A DNA stretch of 63,744 nucleotides, filler included, from Reticulomyxa filosa (taxonomy: Eukaryota; Protista; Foraminifera), in NCBI GenBank assembly GCA_000512085.1. It is 19 parts of 19 records of this genome, joined end to end, with 100 filler letters (N's around TTAATTAATTAA, not from the genome) between each part and the next. Parts side by side here need not be neighbours in the genome. Positions count along the whole stretch, not along the records: positions 1 to 2,227 come from ASPP01035134.1; positions 2,328 to 9,883 come from ASPP01010398.1; positions 9,984 to 12,546 come from ASPP01042100.1; positions 12,647 to 17,680 come from ASPP01029428.1; 15 more parts are not named here. One strand, given 5' to 3'. Position numbers and translations under genes: made by a program. The notes below the pieces were generated by a model. The model worked only from the letters and a program-made list of their open reading frames with translations. It did no database searches and was not told where the DNA came from. Shown piece after piece: positions 1-13,181 of the stretch (its first letter is position 1; each line of letters starts with the position of its first letter).

Positions 1-129
1 TATCTATTCAAAAATTTGAAGCAACACATATAAATATATATAATCAATATACGTATAATAGTTATTTGATGTGTACATAAAAAAAAATATATATATGTAC
101 ATATAAAAACTTTTTCAAGTAATGGACCC

Positions 130-2200
130 AAATGCGATTTATAATGTCCAGTATAACATGAACGGGGCCGGCGCACATAAATGACATACAATAACAGCAA
201 GTTCATTAAATTGTCCAAAATAACGAGATACTTGATGGAGCATTGCCACGGAATTTGAAAGAACTCGGAAGAAGTTGGTAACATTGAAAGGCTCGTCCAC
301 TATAGCGTTATCATTTCTTGTGGCGGCCTTGTCAATAACAAATTCTTCCAATTCTCAAATCCGAATGATTCTGTTTTTGGTAACCGAACGATTCGTATCC
401 ACAGCGACGTCTTCTGTAGGAGGAGCGCACACCGAGCCAAAGTATCTGGAATACAAAAACGGCATACAAATATTAGCACATACACCAGTCCAGTATCTTG
501 CAACAATCGACAATGAAGAACATAGACTGCATTTCGTCGTCATCATATAATATTATCATTGCCACTTTGCTTGACATTGTCACGCTCATCCAGCAGCTTC
601 GATTGGCGATTATGTGAAGTGTCCATGTACTGAAGTGCTCAAAGTCGCCACTTGCGTGCATGAATAGTCATTCCATACCAAACGCAGCAAAGCAGACAAC
701 GATTTTGTTTTTTTTAAAAAATCCAACATGGTATAGGCCCCCCTGGATCTTGGCGTTCTCTTTCTCCTCGTCCTCTTCATCTTGTTTGCTGGCGATCTGG
801 TTTGAGTTTTGCATTACTACTCCACCAAATTGAGCCCTCGCATATGGAACGATTCTTCCGATGTCGTGGTTCGCTCGATCGCCAATGTAACAATGTATAC
901 GTCTCCTTCTTCTATTTCTTCGGTAAATCCCGTCGCTGCCGCCGTTGTGATACCGTAATGTTCATATCGTTGCCACTTTGCGTGATATCATCACGTTTTC
1001 ATCTTCTTTTATCTTGGTAAACTGGATCTTGGTGCCGCCCGACTACGAAATCAAGGTTGTTCGGGATTTATTTGATAGAATCTTGTCCATGTATGCTTTC
1101 CAAATACGAAGTCCATCTGTTTTTGTCGCCCTTGTGATGATAGTATTTCCAATAACGATCATGTCCGACGTTTGGAATGGCGATCCAATGGGGTACAATA
1201 TTATATTCTTCTTCAGTCTTGTGCGGCCGAAGGTCGTCTTATTGTTCCACTAACATTTCCAAACACAATTTCTTTGTTCAGATTCTGATATCGCTATTTT
1301 ATTAGCTCTTTCTTGGCGCCGTTATTGCACCGTTGGAATTGGATGACGCACTACCACTGTTTGAGCCCATTGAGGAAGTCTGCGTCGTGATCTTTGTTAT
1401 CGCTGTTGTTGTTGTTGTAGCAGTCATGCCAACACCAGGATCAGCTTGTCCCGAAAGTATGTTTGTCATCGAACTTTGCTTTTGCGAAGCAACAAGTAAC
1501 ACACTTGCCTCTTTTTTTGAACGAGATAGCAAACGTCCAACAACATTATCCACTTTCAATCACCTCCATTACATACGAACTTGCGAAATCACTTGAAAGG
1601 GCCATGCTTTTCCCGTTACGCAAGGTATCAGGTGTGTACATGCCACAAACATCTCACACAATGCTATTACTGCTACCAACCACAGTTTTTGCATTATTAT
1701 CTGCATCTGTTTTTATATATACATATACACACGTATCCATTATTGTTTTTTTTTTAAATAAAAAAAGATCTTGCATTGTGAGTAGGTATGAACATACGTG
1801 TAAATTGTCGGATTTGTGTACCGTGTTCGTTGCTTGAAGCACAAATGAATATGATATCGCAATATAACAAATAACCAAAATATCATAAAGAAACCATTGA
1901 TGTTTGTACCTATTTTTTTATTGTGCTGTGTCATGCATGTAGAGTTGCAGTTATAGATTGAATTTCATTTGAATTGCTCCTATGGTTGTTGTTCTGAAGA
2001 AGAATCATCCGCAGATACTCGTATATGCCTACGTTGACTGCAAACAAGTTTCTCCAATGTTTTGTATTGTTATTGCATTTGACATTATCACAGTTGTCCA
2101 ACAGCTTCCATTGGGGGGCGCTATAGGAAGTTCGTCCATATTGAAAATGCGCAAAATTGCCACTCGGATGCGATCAATTCCATAACCAAACGCTACAAAG
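130..2200 (-). pseudogene. Degraded multi-exon eukaryotic gene of unknown family
   Basis: Protein-like stretches (e.g. DDLRPHKTEEEYNIVPHWIAIPNVGHDRYWKYYHHKGDKNRWTSYLESIHGQDSIK) are broken by in-frame stops and frameshifts, with AT-rich intron-like gaps near 690-725 and 1710-1910. Confidence 0.35.
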
Positions 2201-2227
2201 CATACATACTGTTTTTTAAAAAAAAAA

Positions 2228-2327
2228 NNNNNNNNNNNNNNNNNNNNNNNNNNNNNNNNNNNNNNNNNNNNTTAATTAATTAANNNNNNNNNNNNNNNNN
2301 NNNNNNNNNNNNNNNNNNNNNNNNNNN
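2228..2327. other. Artificial contig-joining spacer (N44-TTAATTAATTAA-N44); first of 18 copies
   Basis: The same 100-nt spacer recurs at 9884, 12547, 17681, 22619, 27119, 28246, 31566, 35291, 36727, 39582, 41451, 43529, 45114, 49642, 50832, 56205 and 60498. TTAATTAATTAA gives stops in all six frames. Confidence 0.98.
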
Positions 2328-2900
2328 TTGCAAGTTTGTGATCAATTCGATATTCAACAAATGTATTATGATATCTATAAATTGCTAATTATAGATTGTC
2401 AGAAGATTTTGAAGCATTTAGTGATGATAATGTTCCAGATATTTATTAGATTAAAGGACATTCTTGAATACCTGGTAATGATAAAGTGGATCTTGTTGCA
2501 AATAATGCTCGCAGTAAATCGCTGCATCAACTAGATCTGATTCAACAACATAGATCAGCGGTATTCCGAATAATCATAAATTGAATCCCTGTTTTACATA
2601 GCAATTGAATAGACATTGAATTTGTGAAAGTGGTGACAATCATAAAGTGCCACGTTATTCCTATCTAATTTGATGGAAGCAAAATCATTTGAGTAGATTA
2701 TATTGCATTTATTGACGTTTAGTGAACGCAAGATCATTTGTAAGTTGATCACTAGTAAATTTAGATTGAATAATTATTTACAACATCCAAAGGTCAGATT
2801 CTCCTGATTGATTTTGTGTGAAGAATATACTGTCTATCATTTCTTGATAAAATGTTTGCTGTATCAAGATTACGTCGCAGTTGGTGGGGATAAGGATTTG
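2328..2900 (+). mobile_element. Degraded non-LTR retrotransposon 3' part (RNase H C-terminus plus CCHC-like motif)
   Basis: About 2441-2512 reads IY*IKGHS*IPGNDKVDLVANNAR, matching the RNase H W-x-x-GH-x-GIPGNE-x-AD motif. About 2820-2870 reads EEYTVYHFLIKCLLYQD, matching the LINE C-terminal E-T-x-x-H-x-x-x-x-C knuckle half. Confidence 0.75.
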
Positions 2901-4214
2901 AACAATTATCAAGTTTCTTCAGGCAATCTCAATTTAAATTAAATAATTTTATTGTTTTTCTTTTAATTATTTTTGCATGGACTTTTTGGTTATTGTAAGA
3001 TTTTGTGTTTCTTTCTTTTGTTTTGTGCTATATTTATTGCGATGTAATCTTTTAACTTGAAAGACCTGATTTTGCGTGTATATATAGCAAAAAGCAGAGA
3101 TGAAGCAATATAGTAGTTCAATACTCGACACGCCCATTGCGAGCTATCTAAAATCTCCTGGATTTCTGATTAATATTCATCACACTTTCGTATTTCATTT
3201 CTTCATGCATGCAACTTTATCTTCAATTGATTTATAAAATTCTTCATAATCTTTGGAGGTTGAACAAATGAAACAATTTTGCTTTGTCGATGCCTGTGCT
3301 AAAATTTTTTTTCTTGTTTAGTAGCAAAGTGTCTTAATTTTGTTTGATATTTTTGCTTGTTCCTGATATTCTGATTAGCTAGCATCTTCATGCCCTCCCA
3401 GTGCAAAAACTTCAAAAGAAAATCCAAATCTCTTAAGAAACACAATGATAAAAAGGAAAAACAGCGTGAAATTTGTTCCAACTGGCAACTTTCACAAAAA
3501 ATTTAAAATATGCCAAATGAAAATTGTAAAATGAACAATGAATTCAAACAATCAATGAAATAAAATTGATACTATTCAGTCTTTTCATGATATCAACACT
3601 ATGCATATACCAAAAAAATTGCAAACGTTTAAAACGATTTCCAAATGCTATGTCACTGTTTGTGTGCTTTTTCTTTGCTTTTTTATCTCCAACAAAATAT
3701 CAATAAAACACAAATAAAAAAATCAATTCAAATAGAAGTAAGACTCTTATTTGTGCTTATTTTTCCTTCAAAGTAACTTTTTTAGTCAAGTTGAAAACGT
3801 TTACAAAAACAAAAAAATTTAGCAACTTAATAACCATTTGTGGCGAAATTAACCTTTTTTACAACAAAAATTATAGATAAAATATACACTAGTAATTTTA
3901 TGTTGCAGCAAAGTTTTGATAAATAACAATTTTCTACTTTGTGAGAAAATTACTCGTTATTGACTATGGAATAACAGCAACTATTTAATTTTTTCGTTTC
4001 AGCAAAGCCTCTGGTTGGACATACTCCATTCCATAATATAACAATCATGATTTGGCTCCAGGAATTAATTTAAATTGGATTTGTTGAGGTAGAAAAAAAC
4101 GTGGAAAAGGGGGATAGAACGCTGTTCAGCTACAAAACCCCTCTACGTTGTTTTTGTGATTAACCAAAATTCCGAGACAAATTCGCAAGAAAAAAGACAG
4201 TCAAAAATAGGACA

Positions 4215-5760
4215 ATGTGTGCGAATAATAAGAGCAGTGAGAATAAAAACGACTTACATAACAGCACAGGAAAAGGAAATTTAGAACTGCATCATAAACT
4301 GAGTGGCAATGACGAACCCGACGTTCGGAAGGAAAAGATAACGACAAACGATAAAAGAAATAATGAACAGAGTATTGAATATATAAACGAGGATATGAGA
4401 GTGTTGGCAGTTGGCCAAAACGAAGAGAAAGGCGCAGAAGACGCGGACATGGAAATACAAAAAAATATATCAATGGACAAAGAGAGCCAAGTTGGATCGG
4501 ATGAAGAAAAAAAAAGGATGATAACGAAGGATTAGATTACAAAGAGTTTGAAAGGAAATGGAACAAATATATGGAAGACGACGAGTTTGAAAAATGTGAA
4601 ACATTATGTTTCGAAATGATTAAAAAAAAGCCATCCAATTCAATCCGAAGTCAAATGCATAACCGTTTGGGCTATTTGTATGAGCGCTATTTGGGCAATA
4701 AACAATTTGACGATATTTTAGAACACTATGTGTTAGCGTTGCAATTTGATGATCACTGTACCGACGCACATTTCAACTTGGCTAATTTCTTGTTCGAACA
4801 AGGGTCACGCCATTTATCACTTGCCAACGAATTAAATCCGAATCATCCGCTTATCAAACAACGAATCAAAGAGTTGCAGTTGGCAACTATTCCTCACGAT
4901 GTTGTGTTTTGTTGTTTTTTTTTGTAAAAAAAGAGCTCTCACATTTGATGAATGGCAACAAAGAGGAAAGAAGGGTAAATGCGTGTCAGTTTGAGATTGA
5001 CTTTGTAAGTATGGACTGTTTATTTTTTTTTTTGAAAAAATTGGAGTTAGACGGATGTCGGGGACACTATGGACTTGGAAAATGGCGACTTTCAAGTTGT
5101 TTATTTGTCCGATGATGGAGCTCAGGAAGATGTTGATATGAAGAACGACAGGAAACATGGCCGTGTCAATATCGATGTTGTTGCTGATGGCAATGTCAAC
5201 AACGATAACAAGAACACCACTGCAAATAATAATGATAATGATGTGAATAACGCTAGTAATAATGCTAGTGATAACAAGAATAACAATGACATTCAAATAG
5301 CGGTTGTACGTGCTCCTCCTGACGATACCAACACATCTCATGTCCTGGATTTAACAATGGATCACCGGCATGATACCAACCCTCACTCACAACATGCATA
5401 TGTTCCCAATTCCAAACATCAAAGTCAGTCTTGGCATTGGTGGCCATTGTTGCTATTCTTTGCCGTGCTGTTGGCTGTCGGTGGAATAGGAGTGTTTATT
5501 GGTATGGTAAGAACAAGTTCATTCATTGAATGACGTACTTCACTGAGAGAGGAAAGACAACACTCCGCTACCTCACTGAACTATGCAAACACAACACAAA
5601 AAACATAATAGGAAATTGCATTGACGGCACAAATAGTGGATGCATGAATAAGGCTGTCATATTCAGCTTAACTTCGGTTATACCATTAATTATGGTCTCG
5701 TTGAGTTGGACTGTATATTTTTTCTATCGCAAAAGTATTGTGAATCAGCTTGGTCATTAG
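4215..5760 (+). CDS. TPR-repeat protein with Asn-rich linker and two C-terminal transmembrane helices (multi-exon; one A-run frameshift)
   Basis: TPR-like segment SQMHNRLGYLYERYLG...HYVLALQFDDHCTDAHFNLANFLFEQG. Correcting the A-run at about 4507-4515 joins the 4215 and 4571 ORFs (EEKKDDNEGLDYKEFERKWNKYMEDD). A predicted intron at 5502-5611 joins TM1 to TM2. Confidence 0.65.
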
Positions 5761-6765
5761 GATCGATCAACTGATTGTAATTCTAATTCTAACCATCTGT
5801 TGAGGGGAGGGAAGGAAGGAAAGATGTGGACTGACACGGTTGGACCGAAATAAACTTGCTACGTTTTTCTATATCTATGTCATATGGTACTACATATCTT
5901 GTCTTATTACAAGAACTCCACACAGAAATACAAGTAAACAGAAAAATATAATTTCGTGTTACGCATACAGACCATGTTGTTCACATCTCTCGCCATCTGT
6001 TTTATATTGAAGTTTCTTGTTTTGTACTGGCAAAGAAACTTGAAGGGACGAAATCATTTGTTTTTGTTAACTTTTTTTTTTCTGGCTTTTAATTTATTTA
6101 TTTGTTGTATGGATACGTATATTTTTTTTGGTTGATTGCTGCGGAGAAATAAAAATAAAAGAAGGAAAGAATTAATGAAAGGAGGTAGAAAAATTCGCTT
6201 TTGTTCGTGTTATATATGTTGCTTTGTCTTTTTTATTTTATTTTGTGTTTTTAGTTTTCGTGTTTTTTTTTCAAAGAAAATAGACACTGAAAGCTTGTTT
6301 ATTTTTGCCGAGAAAAAATCGTTAGCGTTTCTTGTCTTGTAATTCGGTTTTTTTATCTCCTATTGTGTTTATTTTATTTTTTGCCTTTTGGATACTTTGA
6401 ACTTGTGTCAACCTAAATTGTCCTACTTTGGTATTTTGATATGTCCATCTTTACTAAACAATTCATCTAAGACAACACTTTTCAAACGTGCATCAAATTA
6501 CTTTTTGTAGACAGTTAAAAATGTTCGCAATAATCAAGGCGATAAATAAATAAGGAATTACAAGTTATTTCATGGCAATGCCAGAATGAAAAATAACAAT
6601 TTATTTTGGAAAGAAATCCATTTCTGCAAAAAAGTTTTTTACAGTGCCACATATTTAAAGTACTTTTCAACAAAAAATGATTGTTTAAATCCAAATATAA
6701 TTAATCTATCCGAAGTAGCTTGGATTTGATTTAGGCACCATATCCAACGCTGAAATGTTTTTTCA

Positions 6766-7811
6766 ATGAGACCATACTTTTTTCAAAAAGTAGCAAAAAC
6801 ACAAAGGTGCCAACAAAAAATGTCCCAACCAACATTATCAAAGGCCATTTCAAGAGGCTTAGGATTTGGAATGGCCTTTACAGGTGGCTTGTGGGTTTTT
6901 ATAACCTGGCAACGACGGAAACATGCCAAAAATGAATCTTCTTCACCTGGCTTTTGGAACCACACGTCCTCGATCTCTCCTTATCAAAGTGAGCGTAAGT
7001 CAACCTCAAGTATTGGAAGTATTGCGGCAGTAGCCATGGGGACACATAACTTATCAATACCGACTGAACTACCAACAGAAGACGCACGAATGAAAATTTT
7101 CGATCAACTGTCAGAAATTTACGATTCGTCATTACAAGTGGACGAGTTTTTTTTAAGAATGGGAAAAAATCGGCAATTTCTGATAAGGAAAGCAAAAGGT
7201 TTAGTGTTAGAAATCGCGTGTGGAACAGGGAGAAATTTAAATTATTATAATGAAGCAACTGTATCTGAAGTTCATTTTATTGACAAATCACCTGAAATGA
7301 TGCATCGCTTAAAAAACAAGCCTATTTCTCACAAAAAAATCTTTCGATCTTTCACAGTTAGTATTAACACGTACATATGCAACATGTTGGTACTGCGAAA
7401 GTCGTTTGTACAATTGGTTGTGATACACAAAAGGTCGGAGACGTCAATGACTTGAAGTTCAAAGATGACTCTTTTGACACTGTGGTTGACACCTTTGGCT
7501 TGTGTTCGTTCGAATTTCCCGAAAAAGCTTTAAATGAAATGATACGGGTTACTAAGCCTGGTGGACAAATATTGTTGCTAGAACATGGCGTGGGTAGATG
7601 GAGAGTTGTTCGTTGGTGGCAAAAAAGGCATTTACATCAACACGTGTACTCATGGGGATGCTATTTTAACCGAGACATTTTGTCTTTTATTGAAAATAGG
7701 GCTGATGTTTCTGTTACAGATATCAAGCGAAAACATTTTGGCACAACTTATCTCATTCAATTAACCAAAAATAAACAACCACTGCAAACGACACCATCAG
7801 AAGTCAGCTAA
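6766..7811 (+). CDS. Class I SAM-dependent methyltransferase, OMS1/METTL7-like, N-terminal TM (2 exons, intron 7357-7433)
   Basis: Motif I VLEIACGTGRN. Spliced FT|VGDVNDLKFKDDSFDTVVDTFGLCS, then EMIRVTKPGGQILLLEHG and GCYFNRDI. The GT..AG intron restores the frame. Confidence 0.9.
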
Positions 7812-8269
7812 TCAAGTACCCCTAATGATCTTCTTGTTTTTTCTCCTTTTTTCTTATCTCATTATATGCTTTCGGTTTTGTTTCATCAAAAGATTTTTGT
7901 TCCCTTGTATGTCATTGGCAAGAAATTATCGTACTCTCCTTTTTGGCCTTTCATTTGTTGCCATGTAGTCACGACAGTACAATGACTAACTTCACAATTT
8001 TTCAGCTTAATTGAATTTGCATCTCTATCGTTCATTTTGCCAGAACGTAGGTCTTCATTTCACCTACTTCATATTCCTGTTTTCTTGCTTGTGCTGTTTT
8101 TTTATGAGTTGTTTCATACATGATTTGGACAATAAATAAAAGAAAGTGATGGTGTAGAGAAAGATAATCAATTACCAACAGAAACACGACAAAATGACTT
8201 TGAGTCATATGAATGTTATATTCCTACAACGAATAGAAGATTTATTATCTGAAGTAAAAGTTAACAGTT

Positions 8270-8990
8270 TTACTACAATCAGCTCTTATCGTGTTTGCAA
8301 AAAAAGTTTTATTTTAAAGGAAAAAAGCACATAACAACTAGATACTGCAACATTTACCATTATTGAAGCGAAAACAGCAACAAAGACAAATCTAAAGAAA
8401 AGATTTCAAACTACTAAAAAAAATTTTCAACTAATAAAATTTTTTATCCGATAAAAAATATTTATGTAGTTGAAAATTCAAGATATCTGATACTTCAAGA
8501 TATCTGACGAAACTGCAAAAACTAGCAGTCGAAACGATATTAAACAATATTTAGTCACTTTGCTATTGATTAAGTCACAATTGCAAAATTCAACAATTAT
8601 ACACAATCGATTATTATTAGTATTAAATTTTAATTTTCTTTAATTTGTTAAAAGAATTAGATAGAATATCAATATTTTGTTATACTTCAACACTTGAAAA
8701 CAAGGGCTAGTAACTTTATTGTACTAGACTATCGACATTGGATCGCAAAAATTGTTTTCACCACCATTATATCTATACTTACAGCATTTGAGTATTAAAA
8801 AAATTTCTTTAGTACTTTGTTTTCTTTTCTTGTTTTCGCCCAAGACAAAGTAGTTGAAAATCTTTGAAGTAATTCTTTAAAATTCTTTCAGATACTGCAT
8901 GTTGTTGCAGTATCTAGTTGATTCTGCCTTCAATATACTTCAAAATACAACTTTTTTGTAAAAGTTGATATGAATAATGAATGATTGTAA
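8270..8990. repeat. Diverged inverted duplication (about 8270-8420 versus 8790-8990)
   Basis: CAACTAGATACTGCAACA at about 8335-8352 has its reverse complement at about 8903-8920. Other shared blocks are AAAAAAGTT-TATTTT-AAG, GCGAAAACA and AAAGATTT..AACTACT. Confidence 0.55.
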
Positions 8991-9649
8991 AATGAATTTT
9001 TTTAAATCACCGATGTTGCTGACTTTAGTCTTTGGACTTGACTGTATATACAACAATAGTTGAATTGTCTTCAAACTTGCATCTTTTTCTTTCGCAAGTT
9101 TTCAAATATTACTTCTTCAATCTTTTTCTTTGTTTTGTTGCATAGTTGAACTTTGTAATACAAATTAAAGTGTGAATATTGTTTCTTTGCTTTTTTCGCG
9201 ATGTTATTCGCTAATTCACTATGTGGCTACTTTTGTTTTATGGCAGTTAGCATTGTGCATTCTTGTCCCATATCGTTCGACGTTATTTTGTATTATCTTT
9301 TGTGTTACTATAATCAGTCATATCAAAACTATATCCATTTCCAATGCCACCATACATTTGATATTTCACTAGTAGCAGTCAGTTCTGAAGTGCAGCTAAC
9401 ATGTCTGACCTACCATTAAATTGGATTTTGAACTGATTCTATGTGATCTTTGCGATAATGTAATTCTAGATTGATTAATATCAATACCAGAATTATCAAA
9501 TAATATACTAAAGATATCCATTTTAATTCCAGATTTCAATTTCCCGTAGAATGTCTTGTGTCAGAATTAGCATTTATCATTTACTCAAAAGTTTTAATAC
9601 TCCGGATAGCTCTTTTCGAACTCAAAGTACAGTAAGATAAAAAAGAAGT

Positions 9650-9790
9650 TGACATCTTATAGAGATGATTTTGTTTCTAAATGAAAAAACAACATTTAAT
9701 CAAAATTTTTTAAAAAATATCTACAAATCGTGTAGTTTTTAAATATCATTTTGATTTTTATTAAGTCTTTCTAATTTTTTCAAAAATTTT
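9650..9790 (+). repeat. Dispersed AT-rich repeat, copy A
   Basis: Its reverse complement aligns with 22737-22868 and 39730-39885 (core ATATTTAAAAACTACA..ATTTGTAGATATTTT). Confidence 0.75.
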
Positions 9791-11879
9791 AATCTTTCAT
9801 TTACTTTAAAAAAATTTTTGTGGTTGCCTGAATATGATGAGATTTGTTTTTTAAAATTTAATTCAAGTTTACCAACGTGTTAANNNNNNNNNNNNNNNNN
9901 NNNNNNNNNNNNNNNNNNNNNNNNNNNTTAATTAATTAANNNNNNNNNNNNNNNNNNNNNNNNNNNNNNNNNNNNNNNNNNNNTGAGCTTTTGCAATAAT
10001 TGCAACACATTTTCTCAAGCTTTTTTTCAAACATTTTTCAATGGGATATAATATGTTTCTTTTAATTTTTGTTGTCATGACACGAAAAAGGTGAAAAACA
10101 AAAAAGGGAATACATAAGCTAGTGAGATTATTGTTCGTTTTCTTGGGCGATTTTCAGTAATTTAGATTCTGATATATGTGACCTGAAATGTACTTGCTTG
10201 GCCAATAACATAGAAAATTTATACCTTTTTTTGTTTATTGGTTGACATCACACAAAAAAAATTTCATTAAATAATGTCAATCACGCAAATATTTGCATTT
10301 CATGTGCTCAATTGCTGACTGACAGTTCCCAAAGAGAAATTCTTTTTCCACTCTTTTTTTTATGCATTTGGATATATTTATGATAAGATCACAAAATGCT
10401 ATTCATTCTTGCTTCAAAAGTCAGCTGATGCACAATTTCAAGTATTATTGTGCATCGAATTATTTTGACTCATAAAGATAATGGCTCATTTGGCAATACA
10501 TAAATCTAAATAATAATTGTTTCGTCCACAATTGAGCGTATACATTTAATTCTAAAGAGTGAAGACGAGATAGTTACATGAGCGCTATTATAGGGACCTT
10601 TAGTGTCTACATCGCAACCAGTCAATGTCAATTAAGGATTATTGATGATGTAAAGTCCGTCTTTTTTTTTTTTTTTGTGAGCAACAGCGTTGGATGTTAA
10701 ATAAGACGACAGTTTTTTGCCACGCGTGTTATCAGGAAGCTAGTCTTCTTTGACATCTGGGATTGTCAGTTAACAAGTTTTTTCTTGCCTGTTTGTTACG
10801 TGGGTGCGCCACGCCCCTTTTTAAAAACATTGACACTGCGTTTAAAAAAAAATTGCCAGGAGCTGTTATTGTAGTCCACAACTTTGTGAAAATGAATAAT
10901 CTTTATATTTGCAATAATTAAGTTTGTGGGTCATTTTTTGGTTTTTTTGAACCTGTTTTTCAAAAATGACCCAGTTTTTATTCATTCATATAGAAAATTA
11001 ATTTTTTAATTTGACAATTATTATTTAAGTCAGTTATTTAGTGAAAATTATGTAAAATTATCAATCAAAATAATATGTTGCAAGAGGGAGCTTGGTCCCT
11101 TTTTTTTTATTTTTGATTATGTAATGTTTGTCTTTTGGCGACAAACCACAAGCTTCTAGCCCTGTCTATACTTAGTAAGGAATATTGATGCAACTTCTCG
11201 TTGCTTCAAGTAAAAATTTTTGTTTTTGTCTTTATTATTAACTTTTTCCAAGTTGCATTCCAAAAAACATTAAATTATTTGAAAATCTCTTCAACAACAA
11301 ATTTTTTTGAACTCATTTTTAAAAAATCCTGAGTTAAGCAACTGGAGAACGATCTAAGAATTTGTTTATTGTTATTACCAATGCTTTCAGTGTGAAGAAG
11401 CTTGTATGCCGACCATAAAGAGTGCTATTATTTATAATAATATTCGAATACTGACGTTCAACAATTGGATAGCATATCTTTGCATTCAGAATGTGTCTCA
11501 ATTGGAGTTAACATTAATTTTGTTTTTGTTGGAAAGCTATCAGGCAACAATTTTTTTCCAACAAATGACTTTTTTTCCTCCAGAGCTCTCATAACATTAT
11601 TAAAAATAAGAACAAACTAAAAACTACACTTACGGCCACCACAAAGCATTCTCTATACCATCAACAAGAGCTAGAATGGAAAAAATATTATAGCTTGTTA
11701 AAAATGTTTTTAAAAATCCGAAAACAAAAATTTTATTTTCTTCGGTAAATCCGATAATAATGTGCTAAATCATAACTTTATTTTTCTACAATTACAAATC
11801 TCCAAATAAGTTGGTAATTATTTGTTTATTTATTTTTTGGTAATCAAATAGAAAAAAATTATATTATATAAATAATAAA

Positions 11880-12200
11880 TAATGAACAATCAACAAATGA
11901 AATAAAATGTAGCATTCAATATTGGATTCAAGCTTTAAAAATAAAATTAGGATGGATCGATAAATTTAATAAAATTATCATAAACTATGTTAAGTAATTA
12001 TATCTTTACTGCGAGACTTTCACCAGATGGACATACCATTGTTTCATGTTCAGGTGATGAACAATTCGATTACAGGAACTAAAATAATGAAATTAGAAAG
12101 AGATTTTAATGCTACATGTGACGCAGACTTTTCTCCAGATGGAAGATATATTATGTCAGGTTTCAAAGATAAAACAATTAATCTGTGAGAAAATTCAAAG
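11880..12200 (+). pseudogene. WD40-repeat pseudogene
   Basis: Family N-terminus IQYWIQALKIKLGWIDKFNKIIINY, then FSPDGHTIVSCSGDE and DADFSPDGRYIMSGFKDKTINL*, with frameshifts and stops. Confidence 0.75.
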
Positions 12201-12646
12201 GACGCAGTAAAGAAACAGTGAAAGAAAATTATGTGTTTAGGCCTTGCATTTTTGTGACGCTACGAAAAAAGTCTTCAGATAAAAATTTTGGAGTGGTAAC
12301 ACACTAATGTTTCATTTTAAAATGGCATCCTTTCATGTTATGCACACAAAGAGTTTTTAAGAAAGAAAAAGGTTTTTTTGAAACGAATAACAGTATTTAA
12401 TCAATGTCTGTTTTATTTATTGTTCATGGGAAAATTTTCATTAAATTCCTGTTTGCATGAAAACTCTAGCAAATGGAGAATAAAATATTTTACTTAAACG
12501 TTAAACTTTCCTTAAGTAATCCCTTTGAAATATTTGCATTTTACGTNNNNNNNNNNNNNNNNNNNNNNNNNNNNNNNNNNNNNNNNNNNNTTAATTAATT
12601 AANNNNNNNNNNNNNNNNNNNNNNNNNNNNNNNNNNNNNNNNNNNN

Positions 12647-12884
12647 CAATAACAAAACTTGATTGAAATTGGACAGTAAAATGGGCAGGATCATTTTTAA
12701 ATGAGTGGGCCACACTTTCATCGATTTCAATAAGATCACCAATAATGGTTATCAATAGATCATCGACATGTGTTCGTTCAACCACTTGAAAGATTTGTTT
12801 TTTCAAGTGTTCCGTTGTCAAATTTGATAACATTATTGCATGTCCCTTTCCTTCATAATTCACATACGCTTTATAAAAAGACAT
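12647..12884 (-). CDS. 5' fragment of a protein with an N-terminal PB1/ubiquitin-like module (truncated by contig end)
   Basis: MSFYKAYVNYEGKGHAIMLSNLTTEHLKKQI...DLIEIDESVAHSF has a beta-beta-alpha pattern with an acidic patch. The fold call is inference. Confidence 0.45.
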
Positions 12885-13181
12885 TTTTGTAAAATAGTGT
12901 CAATTAAGATTTCCAAATAGTTTTTTTGCCCAAAAAAAGGATTTTTAAGCAAAAAACTCTACTCCAATTTTTTGTAACGCTATTAATAGGTATGCTAATT
13001 GCGAGAAAAATTATTTCGCTTAATTTTCAAAGAATCAAAGCACTCAAATATATTTTTTTTCTGTGGATGATAAACAAAACTAGTTAGGCCTAATCAAATC
13101 TTAATTAGTAGAGAAAAATTGCTTTATTTAATTTATTCAAAGGAATCAAACCACTAGAACAAATTTTTTGAAAAAATGAGA

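Noticed and set aside
2272-2283. Recurrent TTAATTAATTAA as a biological repeat or CRISPR-like array
   Set aside because: It is always centred in identical N-runs, so it is an artificial linker. ORF tails ending XXX-LIN are artefacts.
8477-8507. Tandem TTCAAGATATCTGA duplication
   Set aside because: Only two short copies, consistent with ordinary slippage.
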